Shown piece after piece: positions 1 through 10,140 of a stretch of 64,000 nt of DNA. Both the position numbers and the translations under genes were made by a program. This DNA is from Pedobacter sp. (GTDB lineage Bacteria; Desulfobacterota; Desulfuromonadia; Desulfuromonadales; Syntrophotaleaceae), in assembly GCA_050253415.1 (NCBI GenBank), contig JBFWJC010000001.1, forward strand, positions 1,576,679 to 1,640,678, read 5' to 3'. Every line of letters begins with the position of its first letter. The stretch's first letter is position 1. The notes beneath the pieces were generated by a model that was not told the DNA's origin, did not search any database, and was given only the letters and a program-made list of their open reading frames with translations.

Positions 1-628
1 TTACGAGCTTGGCACCCAGGCGTTGTCCTATGAGCACCTGGTTTGCGAGCTTAAGCAGTCGCAAGAAGAATCCAGGCAATTCATCAGCAAACTGCTTGAG
101 GCCAACAAAGCATTGCGTAAGCTGGCTTATCGGGACGAGTTGACAGGGCTTTACAACCATCGGTTCTTTCAGCGCGAAATCGAAAAGGAACTGGAACGTG
201 CGAAACGGTACGGCCATCCTTTGTGCCTGATCTTTTTTGATATCGATTATTTCAAGGATATCAACGATACGCATGGACATCTGGTCGGGGATGTTGTGCT
301 TCGCACCGTTTCCCAAAAGCTGTCCTCTTGTATGCGCAGTTGCGATGTTTTCGTTCGCTATGGCGGGGACGAATTCGCCATTATCATGCCCGAAACCGAT
401 TACCCCGGTTTTGAAGTTCTCGCCGAGCGGTTACGCCATTCCGTTGAAAATTTTCTTATTCCCATTAACGGTAAGACCATCGCGCTGACCATCAGTATCG
501 GCGGCGCTTTCTTTGATGGTAAAAAAGATACCGTATCGCGATTTTCGATGCTGAGCGTTGCCGATCAGGCCATATATCAGTCCAAAAAATCGGGTCGCAA
601 TACGGTGACCATTAAATACGTTGACTGA
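1..628 (+). CDS. Diguanylate cyclase (GGDEF domain), 5' end outside the window
   Basis: DELTGLYN, FFDIDYFK, GHLVGD and RYGGDEF motifs; RxxD I-site (RSCD); frame is open back to the window start. Confidence 0.93.
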   Translation, partial: YELGTQALSYEHLVCELKQSQEESRQFISKLLEANKALRKLAYRDELTGLYNHRFFQREIEKELERAKRYGHPLCLIFFDIDYFKDINDTHGHLVGDVVLRTVSQKLSSCMRSCDVFVRYGGDEFAIIMPETDYPGFEVLAERLRHSVENFLIPINGKTIALTISIGGAFFDGKKDTVSRFSMLSVADQAIYQSKKSGRNTVTIKYVD

Positions 629-679
629 TCGCATTGATTAGGCAATACGATTCGGCAACCTAACAATTCAGGGATTATT

Positions 680-880
680 ATGGACAAAAAAACAGAGTTC
701 GTATTGAAAATGGCACCGAATCACAGCCTCACATTGTACCCGGCGTGTGACACTTGCGACGGAAAAAAACCCGGGGTTGGTTATTTATGTGGCAGTGACG
801 AAGAGGGTAACGGCTTTGTCGTATGGATCACGGATAAAGATGTTTATCAAATTATGGAAAAACTGATCGTCAAAGGATGA
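680..880 (+). CDS. Small hypothetical protein (66 aa) with a CxxC motif
   Basis: ATG preceded by AGGGA; CDTC plus a third Cys; 51 bp downstream of the GGDEF gene on the same strand. Confidence 0.6.
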   Translation: MDKKTEFVLKMAPNHSLTLYPACDTCDGKKPGVGYLCGSDEEGNGFVVWITDKDVYQIMEKLIVKG

Positions 881-1071
881 GAACCCGGTTCGTCAATTGA
901 ACGATCGCCTTCAGAATAAATCGGCCCCTCGCTTTCCAAATGGGGCCTTTCCTTTACCAGATACGCGTCTCAGCCGTCTTTCTGTTTGACCATTATAGGG
1001 TTTTTGCAGGGCTCCTTTTCCTTTCCATACCAATCTGTTTTATTTCTCCTCTCAGTCAATACGGAGGTGCC

Positions 1072-2199
1072 ATGAATATCCTGGTGGCTTGCGATTCCTT
1101 TAAGGAAAGTCTCTCCGCTTCCCAAGCCTGCAGCGTGGTGGCCTCTGCCGTACGTGCTGCCAAGCCGGACTGGGTGTTGAAAAGCCAGCCGCTGGCAGAC
1201 GGGGGTGAGGGCACGGCTGAGATCCTGGCAGCGACATCAACAGGCTGTTGGGTGGCGCTGCCCGGTATTATGGGTCCATTGCAGGGCATTACAATAAAAG
1301 CTTCTTTCGCCTGGCTTCCCGAAACGGAAACAGCCATCGTGGAGATGGCGCGTACCAGTGGCTTGGCCCTGGTGCCGGATGGCCAGCGCAATCCTTTGCA
1401 GACTACTACCTTCGGCACAGGCCAGGTTCTGGCGTCTGCGTTTGATCGAGGGGCGCGTGAGGTGCTGCTGACGTTGGGTGGCAGCGCCACGGTGGATGGC
1501 GGTACCGGAGCGGCGCGCGCGCTTGGTTGGCGTTTTCTCGACGCAAGGGGAAATGACGTCCCCCTTGGCGGGCGGGGATTGATCGATATCCGTCGAGTCG
1601 TACCACCCTCAAGGCCAATGCCTGCTGTATCGGTGCTTTGCGACGTGACCAATCCCCTGTGTGGCCCCCAAGGTGCCGCCCGGGTGTTTGCTCCGCAAAA
1701 AGGCGCCACGCCGTGGCAGGTTGAAATGCTTGAGGCCGGGTTGGAAAATCTGGCCGGGGTCATCGAAAGTCAACTTGGAATCCAGGTCAAAGACATCCCC
1801 GGGGGAGGTGCGGCAGGTGGTTTCGGTGCCGGGGCTGTGGCTTTTTTGGGTGGATGTTTGCGCTCCGGTGTTGCTGTCGTTATGGAAAAAGTTCATTTTG
1901 AAGATCAGGTGCGATGGGCCGATTGGGTCATTACCGGAGAGGGTTGCCTTGATCGTACTTCCCTTCAAGGGAAGGTGGTCAGCGGCGTATTGGAAATTGC
2001 ACGGCGGTGCCGTGTTCCCGTGGCGATACTGGCCGGACAGGTCCGGTTAGCTCACGATGAATTATCGCGGGCAGGTGTCGATGTCGCCATCGCTGCCATG
2101 CCTGAGGGGATAGCGCTTGCCGACGGCATTGCTCAGGCAGGCGCATTGCTTGGTGCTGCGGCATTACGATTATCAGCACGACTTGATTCAGGTGCCTGA
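1072..2199 (+). CDS. Glycerate kinase (GlxK/GarK family)
   Basis: DSFKESL, PLADGGEGT, LGGSATVDGG, GAAGGFG, TGEG..D..S..GK motifs; GGAGG RBS before ATG 1072. Confidence 0.93.
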   Translation: MNILVACDSFKESLSASQACSVVASAVRAAKPDWVLKSQPLADGGEGTAEILAATSTGCWVALPGIMGPLQGITIKASFAWLPETETAIVEMARTSGLALVPDGQRNPLQTTTFGTGQVLASAFDRGAREVLLTLGGSATVDGGTGAARALGWRFLDARGNDVPLGGRGLIDIRRVVPPSRPMPAVSVLCDVTNPLCGPQGAARVFAPQKGATPWQVEMLEAGLENLAGVIESQLGIQVKDIPGGGAAGGFGAGAVAFLGGCLRSGVAVVMEKVHFEDQVRWADWVITGEGCLDRTSLQGKVVSGVLEIARRCRVPVAILAGQVRLAHDELSRAGVDVAIAAMPEGIALADGIAQAGALLGAAALRLSARLDSGA

Positions 2200-2297
2200 T
2201 GGGGTTCAAGGTGTAACGCAGTAATTACCTTTTTCTCTGCGGTTCATTGCCTGCCGGTGTGATCGTTTTTTTATCCCTGAAAAAGAGATTCAGTTTG

Positions 2298-3095
2298 TCA
2301 GCCAAGGCCGCGCCGCTGCAGTTCCTCCTTGATAAGCTTTTTTTGCAAAGGATTGAGGCGGCTGGAAGAGGATAATTGTAATACTTCAGGCCCGCGCATA
2401 CCCGGTAGCCAGAGGGTGAACCAGATACCGGGGGTGTGAGGGTTTTTGAGGATGGCGGTACGCAGGGTCTGGCGCGCCTTCCAGCGGGGGTGTCTGGCGA
2501 TGATGGAGATGGTTTCGGCGGAGGCGGTCGACCCCCGTAGAAACTGGGCAAGGGCCATCTCCTGCAGGCGAGGGTTGCCAAGGCAGGGCTCCATCAGCGC
2601 CACATGGCCTTCCTTGAGAATCGCTGCAACGACAGCGGGTGAGGCCCTGCGGGAAAGGGTTATCTTGTTACCCAGGGGGGTGGTCGGCAGGCGCTGAATG
2701 ATAAGGCGTTCGGCGGCCAGCTTTTGATCTGGCGAGACACCGGGTAAAAAACAGATGTCCGCCAGTTCAAACAGGTGCAATAACGGCAGCAGGGTTTGCA
2801 GGATCGGCGCCGGAAGGTGCGGGTTTTTGATCAGGGCCAGGCGTATCTTATGGCTGCCTTGAGCCTGCTCCATCCGGTACACGGCCTGCAGCAGATCCTC
2901 GCTGAGATCGCGGCGTTTAAGCAGGGCCAGCAGGTGCGGTTCTTCCAGGACTCGGTTTTTCAGTGCCGCACGCACCACCTCCAACGCCGGGTCCTGCATG
3001 ATACCGAACAGTTCCTCCGAACCGCAGGTCAGGGAACGCTGCAGGCGCCGTGCAAGATCGCTGCTGATATGGCCACTTTTAGATCGACTGTCCAA
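2298..3095 (-). CDS. Hypothetical leucine-rich helical-repeat protein
   Basis: 265 aa ORF directly downstream of tgt; recurring (A)L(L)KNP-like motifs; TTG start uncertain. Confidence 0.7.
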   Translation of the reverse strand: MDSRSKSGHISSDLARRLQRSLTCGSEELFGIMQDPALEVVRAALKNRVLEEPHLLALLKRRDLSEDLLQAVYRMEQAQGSHKIRLALIKNPHLPAPILQTLLPLLHLFELADICFLPGVSPDQKLAAERLIIQRLPTTPLGNKITLSRRASPAVVAAILKEGHVALMEPCLGNPRLQEMALAQFLRGSTASAETISIIARHPRWKARQTLRTAILKNPHTPGIWFTLWLPGMRGPEVLQLSSSSRLNPLQKKLIKEELQRRGLG

Positions 3096-3166
3096 AATGA
3101 GTGCCCTGTTATGTTGATCCCGTCTACTCGGTTGTTAAGGCGCTAACAACTTTATCTTCCCAATGA

Positions 3167-4276
3167 TTAATTGTCCGCCCCGTATTCTTCCAGGAAGTTC
3201 TTCTTGAACGCGGCAAAGTCGCCCGCCTCGATGGCTTGCCGTACATCAGCCATCATGTTCAGGTAAAAATGCACGTTATGAATGGCGGACAGGGTCGCCG
3301 ACAAAATTTCATTGGATTTGAACAGGTGATGCAGGTAAGCGCGGCTGAAATTGCGGCAGCAATAGCAGTCGCAGGAAGCATCCACAGGGAAAAAGTCCCG
3401 GCGGTAACGCCTGTGGGTCAGGCGAATCTTTCCGCGACGGGTGAATAGCGTGGCACTGCGTGCATAGCGCGTGGGAATGACGCAATCGAACATATCCATG
3501 CCACGCTCTACGCTTTCCAGAATATCTTCAGGCAGACCTACTCCCATCAGGTAACGCGGCTTGTTCTCGGGCAGCATGGGTGCCGTGTAATCGACCACCT
3601 TTTTCAACAGTTCCAGTCCCTCGCCGACGCTGACCCCGCCAATGGCATAACCGGGAAAATTCATGGTCGTCATCTGCCGCGCGCATTCCTGTCGCAGATC
3701 TTCGTAGATGCCGCCCTGCACGATACCGAACAGGGCCTGATCGGCGCGGCCATGACTCTTCAGACAGGCTTCCGCCCAGCGCAGGGTTTTACGAATCGAT
3801 TTCGCGGCATAATCATGGGTTGCCGGATAGGGGATACATTCGTCAAAGGCCATGATGATGTCGGCACCCAGAGAGTTCTGAATGGACATGGCCTCGGCCG
3901 GGCCGAGAAAAATTTCCTCTCCGGTCACTTCATGATGAAAAAATACACCGGTTTCGGTGATGCGTTTTTTCGGCAGGGAAAAGACCTGGAATCCACCGCT
4001 GTCGGTGAGAATCGGATGGGGCCAGTTCATGAAACGGTGCAGCCCGCCTGCCTTTTCGATCAGTCCCTCTCCAGGTGCAAGATGCAGATGGTACGTGTTG
4101 GAAAGAATGATCTGAGCGCCGGTTTCTTCAACCTGTGCCGGTGTCATGGCTTTGAGGGCGCCATGGGTGCCGACGGGCATGAAGATAGGGGTTTCGATGG
4201 TGCCGTGAGGGGTCGTTAACCGGCCACGGCGTGCAGCCGTTTGCGAATCGGTGGCGAGCAGTGAAAATTCGAACAT
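3167..4276 (-). CDS. tgt: Queuine tRNA-ribosyltransferase (tRNA-guanine transglycosylase)
   Basis: TPIFMPVGT, NTYHL, LTDSGGFQV, FDEC, GIVQGG, DMFDCV and the CxCxxC...H zinc site. Confidence 0.96.
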   Translation of the reverse strand: MFEFSLLATDSQTAARRGRLTTPHGTIETPIFMPVGTHGALKAMTPAQVEETGAQIILSNTYHLHLAPGEGLIEKAGGLHRFMNWPHPILTDSGGFQVFSLPKKRITETGVFFHHEVTGEEIFLGPAEAMSIQNSLGADIIMAFDECIPYPATHDYAAKSIRKTLRWAEACLKSHGRADQALFGIVQGGIYEDLRQECARQMTTMNFPGYAIGGVSVGEGLELLKKVVDYTAPMLPENKPRYLMGVGLPEDILESVERGMDMFDCVIPTRYARSATLFTRRGKIRLTHRRYRRDFFPVDASCDCYCCRNFSRAYLHHLFKSNEILSATLSAIHNVHFYLNMMADVRQAIEAGDFAAFKKNFLEEYGADN

Positions 4277-4312
4277 GGTCTATGCCATCCCTGCGATTTT
4301 GAAGGTAGAATG

Positions 4313-4340
4313 AAAAAAAGGTTCAAGCTGTTCTTGAACC
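4313..4340 (-). promoter_or_regulatory. Terminator-like hairpin in the tgt 5' leader
   Basis: Perfect 8-bp stem GGTTCAAG-N5-CTTGAACC followed by T7 on the minus strand, about 40 nt before the tgt ATG. Confidence 0.55.
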
Positions 4341-4348
4341 CTGCCCGG

Positions 4349-4377
4349 ACTTTATCAGAAGCTTTCCTTGAAAGCAA
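4349..4377 (-). promoter_or_regulatory. Putative sigma70 promoter for tgt
   Basis: Minus strand TTGCTT-17 bp-TAAAGT. Confidence 0.5.
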
Positions 4378-4495
4378 CTGTTGGGGGGCTTTGATCTTCT
4401 TTCCGGGGGCTGGTTGTCGCTGGCTGGAGGCCTGTTACTATTTCAAATGAAACGTTTGTCTGTCTCAGGAAAAATCATACGAAAGGAATCGATGG

Positions 4496-6436
4496 ATGAC
4501 GCGAAGTTTTTTCTGGCAGATGCTGATTGTCTTGGCGACAGTGCTGTTTTTTAATTATGTATTAACTAATTTTTCACCGCAAACTCCAGAGCCGGTGGTC
4601 GAGGTCAGTTACAGCCGATTTAAAACCGAACTGGCTGCAGATAACGTTTCTTCCGTGACGTTTGATGGGAACAACCTGGTTGGCGACCTGAGAGAACGTG
4701 CGGCCGTTGATAATGTCCCTGGGAACGTGGTTGAAAAGTCCTTCTTGCGTTTTCGCACAACCATGCCACCCGTGCCGGATACACGATTACTTGACGATTT
4801 GCAGCAGCGTAAGGTGGATGTACGTGTCCATCCGGAGAAAAAACCTTCAGCATGGGCCACGGCACTGATTTATATGCTGCCATGGATATTGATCGTGGCG
4901 GTGTGGTGGTTTGTGATCAAGGGGATGCGTACACGGCAGGGCCCGGGCGGCGGCGTGATGGGTGGTTTTGCCAAGTCGGGCGCCAAAATGTATACCAAGG
5001 AACGTTCCCGGGTCACTTTTGCGGATGTGGCCGGGTTGGAAGAAGCCAAGCAGGAGCTTATGGAGATTGTGGAATTTCTGCAAAATCCCAAACGTTTCAT
5101 GCGCCTGGGCGCCAAGGCTCCGCGTGGTGTGCTGTTGGTCGGACCGCCCGGAACCGGGAAAACCCTTATGGCGCGTGCCGTGGCAGGGGAGGCGGGGGTG
5201 CCATTTTTCACCATTTCAGCCTCTCAGTTTATCGAAATGTTTGTCGGTGTCGGCGCCAGTCGTGTGCGTGATCTGTTCGGTAACGCCAAGAAAAACGCTC
5301 CAAGTATCATTTTTATCGACGAACTCGATGCGGTTGGTCGTGCCCGGGGAACCGGCCTTGGTGGCGGCAACGACGAACGGGAACAAACTCTGAACCAGCT
5401 ATTGTCGGAGATGGACGGTTTCGAGGCCCATGATGAGGTCATCGTCATGTCGGCAACCAACCGTCCGGATGTTCTCGATCCGGCTCTGTTGCGGCCCGGA
5501 CGCTTCGATCGGCAAGTGGTGGTGGAGCGGCCCGACTGGCGTGCCCGGGAAGAAATCCTCAAGGTGCATACACGCACCGTGCCCCTTGCGGACGATGTGG
5601 ACCTGCGGGTCATGGCCCGCAGCACGCCCGGCATGTGCGGTGCGGATCTGGAAAACCTTGTGAACGAGGCGGCTTTGATCGCGGCCCGTGAAGATGCCCA
5701 GTCGGTGACCATGGACCATTTCGAACGGGCCAAGGACCGTGTACTTATGGGTACCGAGCGCAAGTTGGTCATGTCGCAGCAGGAAAAACGTATTACCGCC
5801 TATCACGAAGCCGGGCATACCCTGCTGGCACGTCTGTGCCCCGGGGCCGATCCGATTCACAAGGTTTCCATCATTCCGCGGGGACAGGCGCTGGGGGTCA
5901 CCCAACAGCTACCGGTGGATGATCGCTATCACTACTCACGTTCCTACCTGATGACCCGCATCGCTGTCAGCCTGGGAGGGCGTGCGGCTGAAAAGATGAT
6001 ATTTGATGAATTTTCCACCGGCGCTCAAAACGACTTGAAGCAGGCGACAGAACTGGCGGAAAAGATGGTCTGCCAATGGGGGATGAGCGAGCGCATCGGT
6101 CCCTTGAGTTTCAGTCGTGGCGAGGAACACCCCTTTTTAGGGCGTAAACTGGCCAGTGACAACTCATTCAGCGAGCACATGGCCTGGATCATCGATCAGG
6201 AGATCGAAAAGATCATCAAGGCCGGTGACCAGCAAGCCAATGATATTATTGCCAATCATTTATCGGCGTTGCGCAAGCTCGCCGAGGCGCTGCTCGAGGA
6301 AGAAGTACTTGATCATAAGCGCGTGGACGAGGTCCTTAGAGACGCAGGTGTCGAGGTCAAAGATGAACCTGTGGAAAAATCTGATGGGGCTACCCTGCTG
6401 GAAGGTGAGTTGGCGGCCGGAGCGGTAGAGAATTAG
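4496..6436 (+). CDS. ftsH: ATP-dependent zinc metalloprotease FtsH
   Basis: Two N-terminal TM segments, Walker A GPPGTGKT, Walker [25 protein letters not shown] zinc motif. Confidence 0.97.
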   Translation: MTRSFFWQMLIVLATVLFFNYVLTNFSPQTPEPVVEVSYSRFKTELAADNVSSVTFDGNNLVGDLRERAAVDNVPGNVVEKSFLRFRTTMPPVPDTRLLDDLQQRKVDVRVHPEKKPSAWATALIYMLPWILIVAVWWFVIKGMRTRQGPGGGVMGGFAKSGAKMYTKERSRVTFADVAGLEEAKQELMEIVEFLQNPKRFMRLGAKAPRGVLLVGPPGTGKTLMARAVAGEAGVPFFTISASQFIEMFVGVGASRVRDLFGNAKKNAPSIIFIDELDAVGRARGTGLGGGNDEREQTLNQLLSEMDGFEAHDEVIVMSATNRPDVLDPALLRPGRFDRQVVVERPDWRAREEILKVHTRTVPLADDVDLRVMARSTPGMCGADLENLVNEAALIAAREDAQSVTMDHFERAKDRVLMGTERKLVMSQQEKRITAYHEAGHTLLARLCPGADPIHKVSIIPRGQALGVTQQLPVDDRYHYSRSYLMTRIAVSLGGRAAEKMIFDEFSTGAQNDLKQATELAEKMVCQWGMSERIGPLSFSRGEEHPFLGRKLASDNSFSEHMAWIIDQEIEKIIKAGDQQANDIIANHLSALRKLAEALLEEEVLDHKRVDEVLRDAGVEVKDEPVEKSDGATLLEGELAAGAVEN

Positions 6437-6563
6437 TCATCCCGTTTGGCGCGATCTTTTTCTGATGGCTTTTTATCTTAGGGAGGTGTAACCCAGGCAT
6501 ATACGTTCATTACGTTTTTATGGTGGTTTTCCGATAGGAACGCGTAACTTCAAAGGACAGATT

Positions 6564-7192
6564 ATGCCAAAAAAAAAGGCAGCAGAAAACGCATATATTT
6601 TCCGGCCTCCTGGGGATAATCATTGGATGGATATTGCAGCCTTGATTGCATCCTCTATCCCGAATGCTCTCGTTTCCAGATTGGGCAAACACTTTGGTGC
6701 GCTTTATTATAAAAATATTGCAAGATGCGAATATTCCTACTGTCTTGCCGCGTTTGATAACACCGGACGGCTTGCCGGAGTCATTCTTGGCACTCTAGAT
6801 CATGATGCAGCTAAATCGCTGGATTTTGCTCTGAAAATAAGGTTACTGCTGGCCGCGAACATAAGACTTTTTCCCCGGCAGTATTCCGCTGGTTTTTATG
6901 CGGGTTGCGCACCCGGAATGCAACAAAATATCAGACAAAAAATTTTCCGAAGGCCGAACTTATCGTTGTTGTAGTTCATGACGATTTTAAAGGTAACCGC
7001 ATTGGCAAGACATTGATCAATGAACTGGAATCCTTTTTCAGAAAAAACAATCTCGACAAGCCTTACCTGATACTGACCGAGAAATCGAACCGGGTCGCAA
7101 ATAACTTATATGAAAAATTAGGCGCCCAATTCATAAAAACATACCCCTATCACGACAAGCTTATGAACGAATGGCACAAGCCGATATTTTAG
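6564..7192 (+). pseudogene. GNAT-family acetyltransferase split by a frameshift
   Basis: ORF 6564-6974 carries the N-half (LAAFDNTGRLAGVILG); the -1 frame, open from about 6816 to 7192, carries the acetyl-CoA motif (VHDDFKGNRIGKTL, N..ANNLYEKLG); T5C4 run at 6868-6876. Confidence 0.72.
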
Positions 7193-7394
7193 GCGGATTT
7201 ATTTCCACCAGACGCCTGGGGCAATGCATTGCAAGGCCTACAGCCGTATACTGGTTCTTATCCTGTTCTTTGTGGTACCTATGCTGGATCGAACGTGGGG
7301 GGGATTGTGGATTATGCGGTAAGCCATCTATCCATGGCAGGCGTTCGCGGTCGGGTAAAGGGTTCTGGGAGGAGCTTCAGGCAATCTTCTGCCG

Positions 7395-7428
7395 AAAAAA
7401 AAGCCTGCGGTTTGCCGCAGGCCCTTTT
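7395..7428. terminator. Intrinsic terminator downstream of eno (probably bidirectional)
   Basis: A8-GCCTGCGG-tttg-CCGCAGGC-ccTTTT. Confidence 0.85.
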
Positions 7429-7454
7429 CGTTAGACGTAAAAATCGCAATCAGA

Positions 7455-8768
<1,314 letters not shown>

Positions 8769-9150
8769 TTAGGTACGGTTCATACCAGTCGTAAGACCGC
8801 CCCTTTTATAGCACATTGGCTTTGAATTGGAACCTCTTTTTTGGAATTTTCACCTGGCCGGAATATCCGAAAAGGATTGATTTTGGCGGACGATCAGTGG
8901 TAAATGAAGAAGATTACGTAACTAATCTGGATCATACCTGAAGAGTTTTAATGCAACCTCCGGTTGCGGGCCATTTTGAGTTTATGCGTTTTGTGTGCGT
9001 TGGCTGTATCGCAGAGCCGCTGCAGAAAACTTTATTCTAGCCGGCTTCAGTCGTTTGCAGTTAGCGACTTCGCCATGTTGTCTCAGGGCTCCTCCGGGTT
9101 AAGGAAATAAAGGATATTTTTTGAGTATACGGGATTTCCACGGGAGGTTT

Positions 9151-10140
9151 GTGGCCGAAGATCAACGGCTGGCGAACCTCCTTTTCGGTCAAGCCAATAT
9201 AAACCTGAAGCAGATCGAAAAAATTCTCGGGGTGAATATTGCCTCCAAGGGGAGTGAGTTGCACATCACCGGCGACGATCATCAGATCGCTCTGGCGCAA
9301 CGTCTGCTCGAAGAGTTGTATGGTCTGCTGAAGGCGGATTATCCTCTCTATCCTCCCGATATCGACTATGCCATACGCATTCTCAGTGCCGATAGCAAGG
9401 CGCGGTTGAAGGATATTTTTCTCGATACCGTCTGCATCTCCGCACGCAAAAAAATCATCTCCCCCAAAAGCCTTGCCCAAAAGGATTACATCGATGCTAT
9501 CCGTCACAACGAGGTTGTGTTTGGCATTGGTCCGGCCGGTACTGGCAAGACTTACCTGGCCATGGCGATGGCAGTGTCCTTTTTATTGAAAAAGGAAGTG
9601 GCGCGAATCGTGTTGGTGCGACCTGCTGTGGAGGCTGGTGAAAAACTCGGATTTTTGCCCGGGGATATCGCCGAAAAGGTCAATCCCTATCTGCGCCCGC
9701 TTTACGATGCTCTTTTCGATATGCTCGATTACGAACGTGGGCAGATGTTGATCGAAAAAGGTGTAATCGAGGTGGCTCCCCTGGCATTTATGCGTGGGCG
9801 CACGCTCAATGATGCGTTTGTTATTCTTGATGAGGCGCAAAATACCACGGCCGAACAGATGAAAATGTTTCTCACCCGGCTCGGTTTTGGCAGTCGGGCC
9901 GTTATCACCGGCGATATTACCCAGATCGATCTGCCGACCGGCCGCAAATCAGGCTTGAAAGAAGCTGCCGAGATTCTGCAGGGGATCAAGGGAATTCATT
10001 TTAACTCTTTTTCCGATCGCGATGTAGTGCGCCATCCCATTGTTCAAGCCATTGTCCAGGCTTACGATCGGGACCGGACCCGAAAAGCCGAAGCGCCTGC
10101 AAGTGAAGGAGACACCGAACATTATGACCGGCAAGACTGA
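9151..10140 (+). CDS. phoH: PhoH-family ATPase (YbeZ-like)
   Basis: GPAGTGKT, RPAVEAGEKLGFLPG, MRGRTL, DEAQN, GDITQIDLP; GTG 9151 follows GGAGG. Confidence 0.95.
   Translation: MAEDQRLANLLFGQANINLKQIEKILGVNIASKGSELHITGDDHQIALAQRLLEELYGLLKADYPLYPPDIDYAIRILSADSKARLKDIFLDTVCISARKKIISPKSLAQKDYIDAIRHNEVVFGIGPAGTGKTYLAMAMAVSFLLKKEVARIVLVRPAVEAGEKLGFLPGDIAEKVNPYLRPLYDALFDMLDYERGQMLIEKGVIEVAPLAFMRGRTLNDAFVILDEAQNTTAEQMKMFLTRLGFGSRAVITGDITQIDLPTGRKSGLKEAAEILQGIKGIHFNSFSDRDVVRHPIVQAIVQAYDRDRTRKAEAPASEGDTEHYDRQD

Noticed and set aside
4280..4345. preQ1 riboswitch ahead of tgt
   Set aside because: No A-rich tail after the stem on the coding strand and no preQ1 loop consensus; kept only as an unexplained hairpin
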